64,000 nt of DNA, taken from IMG/VR virus record IMGVR_UViG_3300020050_012045, positions 94,597 through 158,596 of that record. The stretch is one strand, 5' to 3'. This document shows, piece by piece, positions 54,141-62,526 of the stretch. Below the pieces are notes generated by a model. It did not search any database, was not told the origin of the DNA, and saw only the letters and a list, made by a program, of their open reading frames with translations. The stretch is from a virus. Taxonomy: Duplodnaviria > Caudoviricetes. The first letter of the stretch is position 1. Each line of letters opens with the position of its first letter. Both the position numbers and the translations under genes were made by a program.

Positions 54141-55130
54141 TCATCCCAGCACCTCTTTAATGTGATTTATGGCCGCTTCACGTTTCCCTGTGTGAAGAAG
54201 GGGGACCGTTTCGCAGTATTCAGCGAACGCCCGAGGAATCCCCTTAGCTTCGCTTACCTTGACAGACTGGCTAGTTTTGGGAAACCGTCGAACCGACACG
54301 TTGGTTAGAGTCGCCGAAGTTTGACGAATCCAATCTACCGATCCGTGAAGGTTAAGCGTCACCTTGCCGTTTGGCGGCATCTTTGGCTTATCTTGTCCTT
54401 CTGTCCAGTCAAGTACGAAAATCGGAGTAGCGTGCTTGCTTAACGGATAGTTAACTCTTTTGGCGGTTGCCCCGTCATAAGTAACAAGAGTTAGGTACTT
54501 CTGCTGGTTAGCATCCGACTGGGTGACCCAACGGGACGAGCCAACGTAATACACTTTGTCTCCTACTGGTCCTGGCTTGTGGATGTGCCCTGAGATAATC
54601 GAAGCATATTTCATGGCATCCACATTGACGCATTCTTCTGGCTTGACGTAAAAGCCGTTCTCGAACTGAGCGCCGTTGACGGTGACGTGTGCAACCAAAT
54701 GGGGCGCCAGCTCAGGCAGTGCCTCAAAGTCAGTGTTCGAGTGCATGTACGGGCGGTACTCAATCCCTTGTTTGACATATGGAGCTGAAATAACTTGCAC
54801 ATTCGGAATGGATGCCAACGATTTCAAGGAGTTAATGACATTTGGGTCGGCTTTTCCTGGGATGTCATGGTTCCCGACCAAAAGCATTACCTTAGGTGCC
54901 CAAACGATAGAGGAGGTCGGAACCGTGAGCTTCTTAAGTTCCTCCATCCAAAAGTTCAGCACGTACAGGTTAACTGTCTGGTGGGTATGGAATAGATCAC
55001 CAAGAATGACTATGTTGTCCACTTGCTCAGAATGAGCCAAGCTGTTGGCGTACTGAAGGACAGCTCGGACATCTTCAAGGGAGTCTACCGTAGCGTGAGG
55101 GTCGCCTACGTACAGGTTTTTAACGATCAT
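54141..55130 (-). CDS. SbcD/Mre11-like metallophosphoesterase nuclease
   Basis: GDPH, GDLFH, GNHD, GHIH, YVGS. Confidence 0.85.
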   Translation of the reverse strand: MIVKNLYVGDPHATVDSLEDVRAVLQYANSLAHSEQVDNIVILGDLFHTHQTVNLYVLNFWMEELKKLTVPTSSIVWAPKVMLLVGNHDIPGKADPNVINSLKSLASIPNVQVISAPYVKQGIEYRPYMHSNTDFEALPELAPHLVAHVTVNGAQFENGFYVKPEECVNVDAMKYASIISGHIHKPGPVGDKVYYVGSSRWVTQSDANQQKYLTLVTYDGATAKRVNYPLSKHATPIFVLDWTEGQDKPKMPPNGKVTLNLHGSVDWIRQTSATLTNVSVRRFPKTSQSVKVSEAKGIPRAFAEYCETVPLLHTGKREAAINHIKEVLG

Positions 55131-55142
55131 GCTGGGATGGTA

Positions 55143-55445
55143 CTAGACTGAGGCGGGCTTGACTAGTGAAATCATTTGATCTGGGACCAAAATAATATCC
55201 TGGCCTTCAAAGTGAATCACTTCCTTGGCCCATGGTTGGGTAAGGAAGTTCGTGTACACATACACAAGGTCACCGCTTTTTGCCTTTATCGCAGACGCTT
55301 GGTCAGTGTCGTACACCACCTCAAGCTCAGTCAAGGACAGCTTCTGGTCGACAACCATCATGCCCCCCATCTTTTTAGTGGTGATAGTTTGAGCAAATTT
55401 ATGTTTGACAGCTACCTTGCCGGGGGAAGTGCGCATTGTGTTCAT
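55143..55445 (-). CDS. groES: GroES-like co-chaperonin
   Basis: KVAV...KMGGMMV mobile loop...KSGDLVYV...FEGQDIILVPDQMISLV. Confidence 0.7.
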   Translation of the reverse strand: MNTMRTSPGKVAVKHKFAQTITTKKMGGMMVVDQKLSLTELEVVYDTDQASAIKAKSGDLVYVYTNFLTQPWAKEVIHFEGQDIILVPDQMISLVKPASV

Positions 55446-56491
55446 AGATCTCCAAACATGTCGTCGACATTAAAACCCCGCATGGCCAGGACTTTTCTGG
55501 CCAGGACAGGGAGTTGCTTCACCATTACTAGTAGCTTAGCTTGCATGTCGTTTTGTTCAGCTTGAACATCTGGACGAACAGAATCGTCAGCTTTCAGGTA
55601 GTTGACGAACGTCGTTTTCTGACGAGGAGACTCACCTTTTTCGCTTAAAAGCGTTGGTGGGGAGTCAATCGAGAAGTGTGATGCAGCGTTCATTAAAACA
55701 CGAATCTCGTCAGGGGTGGTTTTGCAGTTATCTGGAAGTTTCTCATTCATCCGTTGTACCAGATCATCTGGACCGCTGGCAAATCGAATCGACTTGTTCG
55801 CGTGGTACAGGCGTTTAGCGTCTTTTGGAGGGAAGGAGAGGACAGGGCGGGAGTATGCCGCAATCAAGTCACCAGTGATGCGTCCACAGATAACCGAACG
55901 AAAACTGACACCAAACGGTAACACATACTTGTCGACAGCGTTAATGAGACCTTCGGAAGCGGTCTGCATAATGTCCATGTAAGACAGATGTGACCGCTGG
56001 GTCTTTTTCCAAAAAAGGCGTGCTCTTGAGATGGCTAGGGGTAGGTTGGTTTCGATAATCTCCGAACGTTGAGCCATCAGCTCATCTGTGATCTTAAAAA
56101 TGTCGTGAGGTTCGTGCAGGTGCTTGAAGTTAAGCAGGTACCACTGAACAAAATATCCGTTAACGTGATGGTTAAGCATCTCATCGCCGGAGTTTCGGAA
56201 AAACATATCCGAAATGTGCTCGTTGAACACTTCAGAGCGTTCGCGGAAGTACGGTTGCGCCAGAAGGATTTTGCGGTAATCCTTGCGGATCAGGTGGACA
56301 AAAGCTGCCATCACTTGTGACTTGGCCGGGTGTAGCTTGAGAGCTTCGCGGAAGTCGTTCTCAAGTGAGACCAGCCGTTCAACCTTCTCTTTTTGCTGCA
56401 CAATGGATTTTTTGTTCTTGGCGGTGCCAAGTTTTGACGTTAACAGAGCTGTATAAAGCTCGAAATGTTCGTCTGGTAGGAATTCTGCCAC
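55442..56491 (-). CDS. Phage RNA polymerase sigma factor lacking region 4.2
   Basis: IIETNLPLAISRA...YMDIMQ...EGLINAVDKY...F (region 2), SIDSP (region 3), ends shortly after LP..RKVL.MR. Confidence 0.85.
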   Translation of the reverse strand: MAEFLPDEHFELYTALLTSKLGTAKNKKSIVQQKEKVERLVSLENDFREALKLHPAKSQVMAAFVHLIRKDYRKILLAQPYFRERSEVFNEHISDMFFRNSGDEMLNHHVNGYFVQWYLLNFKHLHEPHDIFKITDELMAQRSEIIETNLPLAISRARLFWKKTQRSHLSYMDIMQTASEGLINAVDKYVLPFGVSFRSVICGRITGDLIAAYSRPVLSFPPKDAKRLYHANKSIRFASGPDDLVQRMNEKLPDNCKTTPDEIRVLMNAASHFSIDSPPTLLSEKGESPRQKTTFVNYLKADDSVRPDVQAEQNDMQAKLLVMVKQLPVLARKVLAMRGFNVDDMFGDL

Positions 56492-56524
56492 GGTAGACCT
56501 CTGCCTACCAGTAGCTTTGGTCCG

Positions 56525-57010
56525 TTACATAACCATTAAAGTAGATGCTTCAAATATAAACAGGTTGTAGTATTGGCTCTTACTGCCTGGCAGTTTTCCC
56601 TGAAAATGGCCTTCATCGATTCGCCTCTGAGCTTCGTCGATGTCGATCTTTCCGTCATAGTAATCAAACGCCCATTCGGCTACTCGCAACTCTGGACGAA
56701 TCCCCTGGTCGGTCATCTTTGCTCCAGGCTTACGATTGACGCTTCGTTGCTCACGAAAAGCAATCCGCAAACACTTTAGTCTGGACATTGCGATGTTTCG
56801 CTTATAACTGCCCGCCTTAGCAAACATCATTCTGGTCGTTACTAATCCCGGAGATATTACCTTGCTAAGGTCTTGCATCGCGGCAAGCTCTCGGCAAGTG
56901 TTGAGTTGTTGCTTGTGACTTGGTTCCCATCTTGGGACCAGCGCCTCTCTATCTTTGTGAACTCTATCAATTTGAACAAAAGCTTCGTTGAGTTTTTCGG
57001 AAACTTTCAT
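56525..57010 (-). CDS. Hypothetical protein
   Basis: 161 aa, coupled. Confidence 0.5.
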   Translation of the reverse strand: MKVSEKLNEAFVQIDRVHKDREALVPRWEPSHKQQLNTCRELAAMQDLSKVISPGLVTTRMMFAKAGSYKRNIAMSRLKCLRIAFREQRSVNRKPGAKMTDQGIRPELRVAEWAFDYYDGKIDIDEAQRRIDEGHFQGKLPGSKSQYYNLFIFEASTLMVM

Positions 57011-58500
57011 AGCTCACCCTTGATTTGCTTAACAGGAAACTGGCAGTACGTCAATCGCTCCCTGAGGTGGCGCTTGAATGGGTTGTGCGTTGGTCCAAAC
57101 GCCGGGATCTCGATATCAAAGTCAATGAAGTTGAAGTAGTCTTTACCTGGCACCTTACGGGTTCCACGTCCCATTGACTGGCGGAACTTAATCTCGGACT
57201 TGCCACCCTGAAGGTAAATGATCGTTCCAACCGGGCGAGTATCTGTCCCGGTCGAGATACAGGATGTTCCAATCAAGATCGGAAGCTTACCAGCGTTGAA
57301 CTGAGCGACCAGTGCGTCTGGGTCAGACTTTTGGAACTCCTTAGGAAGGGTTTTAGCTGACGCTTCGGTCGTACCACCATGAGCAAACCCAAACTCGTGC
57401 TGAAGATGTGGGTAGATATATTGGAACTGTGTCACTTGGTCCAGCAAGATGAGAACCTGGTGACCTTGCTTTTCGACAAACATATTCGCTAACCGCGCAG
57501 CGGCCTTCCCTACGTTAGGGTTGGAATAGAAGTGAGGGTCCGCCATAGCAAGGAAGTCAGAGCTGGAGTACTCCGAGTACGAAGGCACCGTGCATACAAA
57601 ATGACGAGGCTCAGCCAGAAAGCCTTCTTTGACCAGCTCGGGAAGGTCTTTGCGATGAACAGTCGGTCCGATGATACCTTCTAGTAGCATGTCTTTGCCG
57701 TCGTTGCGAAGCTGGGTAGCGGACACGAAGAAACGGTAAGGCGCTTGCGGACATACGTTCAGAGCGACGGTGCTGACCGTTTTTGCGCCGAGGGTGTGTG
57801 ATTCGTCAACAATCAGCACTTGGACCTCGGAAAACAATTTGGCTGCATCCGTCCCTGGAGTTACCCGAACAAGTGAGCCGACAATCCCTACCGTGATGAG
57901 CTTTTTGTTGTCTTTTTTGCCATCGCCGTACAATCCGACTCTCTTCGTTCCGAACGCAGAGGTTAGTTGCTTGAGTAGTTGCATCGCAATTGAGCGCGAT
58001 GGGGCCGCCACGAGGGTCTTGAGACCAAGGCGTTTGATGAGATTTTCCAATATCTTGGATTTACCTGCACCTGTACTGTGCTCAATTGAGCCGTGTTTTA
58101 CCCTTAGAAGAGCTTCCACCGCTTCTTCCTGGTAATACCGCATCTTTTCAGTGGGTACTGTGTGCCACGGTAAAGACTTCGGCTCTGGATACTCGATATT
58201 GTTCTTGACTGGGCACCCTAGCCCCTCAAGCGTAGATGCCAGACCTGACGGCAGGATTAAGGTGCCAAGATCGTCGTATTCTAGCAAAGAGACATTGACG
58301 AGCTTCTTTAGGCGATTGCACTCCTCCTCAAACGCTTCTTGACCGTTTTTGTTGGCGTACCAGCGGTTCTGGCGGAAGCGCTTAACAGCAAAGTCAGCCG
58401 CTTGATCCTTGTAGGTGAACGCCTTAGTGAGCTTGCTCCATTCCTGGTCAGTAAACTCAGTGATCCCAAGGTGGGCCGGGGTGAGGTATGTGGCTTTCAT
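57007..58500 (-). CDS. SF2 DNA helicase (UvsW-like)
   Basis: RYYQ, TGAGKS, VDESH, SAT, TGTD, QSMGRGTR. Confidence 0.92.
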   Translation of the reverse strand: MKATYLTPAHLGITEFTDQEWSKLTKAFTYKDQAADFAVKRFRQNRWYANKNGQEAFEEECNRLKKLVNVSLLEYDDLGTLILPSGLASTLEGLGCPVKNNIEYPEPKSLPWHTVPTEKMRYYQEEAVEALLRVKHGSIEHSTGAGKSKILENLIKRLGLKTLVAAPSRSIAMQLLKQLTSAFGTKRVGLYGDGKKDNKKLITVGIVGSLVRVTPGTDAAKLFSEVQVLIVDESHTLGAKTVSTVALNVCPQAPYRFFVSATQLRNDGKDMLLEGIIGPTVHRKDLPELVKEGFLAEPRHFVCTVPSYSEYSSSDFLAMADPHFYSNPNVGKAAARLANMFVEKQGHQVLILLDQVTQFQYIYPHLQHEFGFAHGGTTEASAKTLPKEFQKSDPDALVAQFNAGKLPILIGTSCISTGTDTRPVGTIIYLQGGKSEIKFRQSMGRGTRKVPGKDYFNFIDFDIEIPAFGPTHNPFKRHLRERLTYCQFPVKQIKGEL

Positions 58501-59600
58501 GAGGTTTTGCTTTCATCTTCAAACAGCCAAGCTGTGGCGGCGTCTTTGTTACTAAGGTCTTCCTTATCTGAAGACTTTTGACGGTTAGCATTAAGCAGTT
58601 CTTCGATACCGTTAGCGGTCTGACGTTCTTGCAATTCAACCTCTGATAATGATTTACGAGGGAGGTAGTCAGTAATATCGTCAAACCACTTGTAATTCGC
58701 GCCAGCAATCACACCATCGTGGAATTCCGTCATGGTTAGAAGCTCCGCATTGTCGTCAAGAGAGTTCATGTACTTATCATAAGCACGATTCAAGTCTCGA
58801 TAGAAGTGCTTGAAATCAATCTGCATCTCTTTTGCTTTTTCGTCCGCAAAATTCTGAAGTTGCTCACCTATCAATCCCCAAAAACCTTCGCTGTGTTGCC
58901 CTAGCTGGGCAAATTGAGGAAGGGTGAGGCGGTAGCGGATAAGTTCATCAAGTTTGGCTTCAAGGTTACACTCGCCCCGTGTCGCACGCCAAGTAGGAAA
59001 CCGGACAGCCCCCTCCTTAAGGACATTCTCTCTGAAGTTTTGCTTAATGTCTACGTTGATACTGGCGATGTCCAGAATCTCCTTTGGTAAGCTATGTTTT
59101 GCCTTGGTTTTTTCTGAGTGTTTACGAAATTTATCTACCAGTTCAGCTTCAGAGGTAGTCCTGTTTTTGGAGATAAACGCCTCAGGGAGTGGCGGAGCAA
59201 CCGCTTTGTCTTCGCGTTCCTTCAAAGCTTTTCGTGCCCGCTCCTTCTCTAGGAGTTGGGTTTCTTGAACTTTGACAACTAATTTTCTAAGCGGAGCTAT
59301 GCTAATCACCTTCAACGACAAACCAGAATGCTTAGTTTTTTTGAAAATTTCAATGAATCCAACCTCAAGAAGACTGGATAGAACTCTAGCTACAGTCTTG
59401 GCGTTTAGGTTCAGCTCATTACCTATCTGTCCATCCGTCAAATCTCCATGAGGGTAACGCTCAAGTAAGAGCGCTATCAATGCGATCTCGGCAGTTGAAA
59501 GGTTGTAAGCCGAGATAAGTTTACACATTCCTCTAGGCCACTTTGTGTAAGACTTCACCTCTCCGTTTGTCCAGTCTAAGTCATTTTTCTCTTGCGTCAT
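58497..59600 (-). CDS. HTH protein, putative replication initiator
   Basis: N-terminal wHTH (QIGNELNLNAKTVARVLSSLLEVGFI); adjacent to helicase and repeat region. Confidence 0.6.
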   Translation of the reverse strand: MTQEKNDLDWTNGEVKSYTKWPRGMCKLISAYNLSTAEIALIALLLERYPHGDLTDGQIGNELNLNAKTVARVLSSLLEVGFIEIFKKTKHSGLSLKVISIAPLRKLVVKVQETQLLEKERARKALKEREDKAVAPPLPEAFISKNRTTSEAELVDKFRKHSEKTKAKHSLPKEILDIASINVDIKQNFRENVLKEGAVRFPTWRATRGECNLEAKLDELIRYRLTLPQFAQLGQHSEGFWGLIGEQLQNFADEKAKEMQIDFKHFYRDLNRAYDKYMNSLDDNAELLTMTEFHDGVIAGANYKWFDDITDYLPRKSLSEVELQERQTANGIEELLNANRQKSSDKEDLSNKDAATAWLFEDESKTS

Positions 59601-59778
59601 TTAGCTCGTTTTCTCCTTGATCTTACTTTACCGATAAGCAGGTAAAAATGTCAACACCTAAACGTAGAAATAGACCAACACCTTCAATTAAGCGCTTACA
59701 TAAAACGTAAACAAGCAGTGTTTTTGATACTGTTTTCTTCTATGTCACATGGAAAATTTGTCGTGTTGACTGTGCCAC

Positions 59779-59874
59779 AAAACGGTATACATGGTGGAAG
59801 TTTTTTCCGCGATGGTACCAACGCCTTCGCCTAAAACGGTATACATGGTGGAAGTTTTTTCCGCGATGGTACCA
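59779..59874. repeat. Two perfect 42-bp direct repeats (59779-59820, 59833-59874), putative origin iterons
   Basis: AAAACGGTATACATGGTGGAAGTTTTTTCCGCGATGGTACCA x2 with 12-bp spacer. Confidence 0.9.
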
Positions 59875-59964
59875 TAAATGCCGGACCTCTTTAACACTCT
59901 TAACATTCTTAGAGATTATAGAAGAAAATAGAAAGAGTAGCAAGGAGGAGTAGCAAATTTTAGA

Positions 59965-60350
59965 CCGTGTCGGCCTACGGCACGCCCCGGGATGATCGCT
60001 GGGTGTTAGCGTGCTTATAAAATAATTAAGCGCTTAAACAGAAGCGGAACGTTTGGGATTTCTATCGAAATCTTTTTGGGAACGGGGAGGGGAATGTTAA
60101 GCCGAACGTGACCTTCGGTCAGACGGTCAATTGCCAAAGAGACGCCCTACGGGCTGACTTCACCCTACGGGATGAAGTCGAGATGTTTAGCCTAGCTCTC
60201 GCTTCCTTACGTTGCGAGGCCCTATCGGGCGGGAGCGGGATCGGGAACGCAGTAAGTTTACAGTGACCTTCATGGCCTACGGCCTAACAAGTCACTTCCC
60301 TGTAAGCTATTGGTCTGTCAGAAGCATTGACCAAGACTCTTCGAGTCTAA
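59965..60350 (-). other. Structured ssDNA-type element with cGNAg/cGATAg-capped hairpins
   Basis: Six stems with GTA/GAA triloops and two with GATA loops on the minus strand. Confidence 0.65.
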
Positions 60351-60367
60351 CCCTGCTAGGAGCAACG

Positions 60368-62176
60368 ATGAGCGTTCAATACCGTAAAGTGAAATCAGTG
60401 GCCAAAGACGTTTTGCCTAAAGGCGAGAAGTTACGCCAAATTGTTCTTAAAACAATGGCTTCTATCGCCGCCAACGTTGGAGCTACGCTCGGGCCTGGCG
60501 GTTTGCCGGTTTTGATTGAACGTCAAGAAACTGGTTTTCCCAACATTGTGACTAAAGATGGGGTTACGGTTTTTCGCTATTTGGGGTTTTCCAACCCGTT
60601 CGCTCACTCGATTATGGAAACCGCTCGTGATGCGTCTGTACGTACCGCAACTGAAGCAGGCGATGGCACGACTTCGGCCACCGTTCTTGCAGAGGCTTTA
60701 GTTCGCAAAACTGACGAGTTTGTAATTAACAATCCTAAGGTTTCGCCACAAAAAGCCGTTCGAGTGATTGAAAACTGGTATCGCACCGAAGCCGAACCGT
60801 TCCTTAAGGCCAAAGCCATCAGCGTCACTGAAGAGATTCAGCGTGCTGTTGCCCTTTGCTCCTCGAACGGTGATGTTGAGTTGACTGACGCTGTCATGAA
60901 ATGCTTCGAGATCACTGGCGATGAAGGTAACGTCACGATTGTAGAGGCTGGTGGGCCTTCTGGTTACCAAATCGAGCAACTTAAGGGGTACGCTGTAGGT
61001 ACAGGGTATGAAGAATCCTGTCGGCGGTTTTATCCAGCTTTTGTAAACGACAAGTCCAACAACCGGACAATCATGAAGAATCCGGTGTTTGTGTTGTACT
61101 ACGGCAATATCACTGATATTTCTTCGCTAATCCCTCTGATGGATTCAATTGACGCTCAGCATCAAGCTGATAACTCACGACCACGTGATGTAGTGGTTTG
61201 TGCTTTGAGTTTTTCAGAAGGTGTGTTGGGTTCCTTGGCGGCCAACTTCCAAGAGCCCGGAACTCTAAACGTGTTTCCGTTGGTTATTCCGGTTAACGCC
61301 GTCCACAATAGCCAGCTTCACTTTCTCCAAGACCTTCAGGCGGTCACTGGTGCCGATATTCTTGATCCAATGACTCGCTCCCTGGAGCGGGCAACAGCGG
61401 CCAACGTAGGGCAGCCTCTTGAGTATTTTGAGTCTTTGCGGTACCGATCTAACATTGTTGGTCAAACCGACGAGTCATTGCTGATGGCTCGAATTGAAGA
61501 ACTTAAGGTTCAGCTCCAGAACCCAGAGTCGATTTACGAAAAAACTATGTTGGAAGAGCGAGTCGCCAAATTGACAGGTGGAATTGCTCGCCTGACCGTG
61601 GTTGGTCCATCGGCTGCCGAGATCCGTGAGAAGAAAGACCGTGCTGACGACGCTGTGTGCGGCATCCGTGGTGCTTTGAAGCATGGAGCCATACCTGGTG
61701 GTGGATGGGGTTTCTTTCAGCTTGCAAAGACTGTTAAACGTGTTTCTGAGAAGAAATCTTGGAACCCCTTTAAGAAACTTCCTCCTGCTGAATCTCTTGA
61801 GCGCAAAATCAAGTCAGAGATTATCTACCCAGCTCTGTTGGCACCCATTCGTCTGCTGATGACTAATTGTGGTTTATCAGACGAAGAAATCGAAGCCAAC
61901 TTGGCTCAAATGGCTAAAAACCCTGAAGATCCGACTAAAGCAATCGTCTGGGATGGGACGTGTGACAAGTTTGTGAAACCTGTCGAGTCTGGGATTGTGG
62001 ATTCACTTCCAGCGGTCAACGAAGCGTTGCGCAACTCGATTTCAATCGCAACCCTGCTTGGCACCCTTGGTGGAGCTATCGTGTTCCAGCGCGATGCTCA
62101 GGTCGAGCGTGAGAATTCGTCTGACAGCTACCACTACCTAGCGACCTCAAACCAACGTGACCAAGAGATTGCATAA
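60368..62176 (+). CDS. groEL: GroEL-like chaperonin
   Basis: TLGPGG, TKDGVTV, AGDGTTSATVL, ERVAKLTGG, EKKDR.DDA, PGGG; ATG 60368 with AGGAG. Confidence 0.95.
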   Translation: MSVQYRKVKSVAKDVLPKGEKLRQIVLKTMASIAANVGATLGPGGLPVLIERQETGFPNIVTKDGVTVFRYLGFSNPFAHSIMETARDASVRTATEAGDGTTSATVLAEALVRKTDEFVINNPKVSPQKAVRVIENWYRTEAEPFLKAKAISVTEEIQRAVALCSSNGDVELTDAVMKCFEITGDEGNVTIVEAGGPSGYQIEQLKGYAVGTGYEESCRRFYPAFVNDKSNNRTIMKNPVFVLYYGNITDISSLIPLMDSIDAQHQADNSRPRDVVVCALSFSEGVLGSLAANFQEPGTLNVFPLVIPVNAVHNSQLHFLQDLQAVTGADILDPMTRSLERATAANVGQPLEYFESLRYRSNIVGQTDESLLMARIEELKVQLQNPESIYEKTMLEERVAKLTGGIARLTVVGPSAAEIREKKDRADDAVCGIRGALKHGAIPGGGWGFFQLAKTVKRVSEKKSWNPFKKLPPAESLERKIKSEIIYPALLAPIRLLMTNCGLSDEEIEANLAQMAKNPEDPTKAIVWDGTCDKFVKPVESGIVDSLPAVNEALRNSISIATLLGTLGGAIVFQRDAQVERENSSDSYHYLATSNQRDQEIA

Positions 62177-62523
62177 TGCCACTGTTTTACTTCGGCTGCC
62201 CTAATTCAGAGTGTCAAGAGCAGTTCTTCAAAATGACTGATATAGCTACGGCCCGTGGTGGATACAAGTGCCCTAAGTGTGACACTGTGTCACCTAGAAC
62301 ACCTAAAGCTCCTTCTAGCCGGGTAGTGGAGGTGGTTGACAACGGCATGATGGCTAAGCGCCTAGAGCGCCTTCCTGAAGCTGGTAAGGTGTTCAAAGAA
62401 CGAGAAAAAGCTAACGATATCAAGCGCAAGGCTGAAACCGGCTACTACCGATTGTCTCCTGAGGATCAAGAGCAGTATGACGAAGACGAGCTTGACAATT
62501 TCGTAAAAAAGAGCATAAACTAG
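62176..62523 (+). CDS. FmdB-type zinc-ribbon protein
   Basis: MP.F.F.C....C...CPKC. Confidence 0.65.
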   Translation: MPLFYFGCPNSECQEQFFKMTDIATARGGYKCPKCDTVSPRTPKAPSSRVVEVVDNGMMAKRLERLPEAGKVFKEREKANDIKRKAETGYYRLSPEDQEQYDEDELDNFVKKSIN

Positions 62524-62526
62524 GGA

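Noticed and set aside
59779-59874. CRISPR array
   Set aside because: Only two repeats, a 12-bp spacer and no cas genes; iterons are more plausible
59740-59943. 67-aa ORF with repeated peptide
   Set aside because: Simply the translation of the 42-bp DNA repeat; no RBS
60109-60348. Plus-strand RNA with UUCG/UACG tetraloops
   Set aside because: In that register the stems break after 0-2 pairs; not fully excluded but weaker than the DNA triloop reading
60212-60367. N-terminal extension of GroEL
   Set aside because: Overlaps the hairpin element; ATG 60368 has an AGGAG RBS and matches the normal GroEL start
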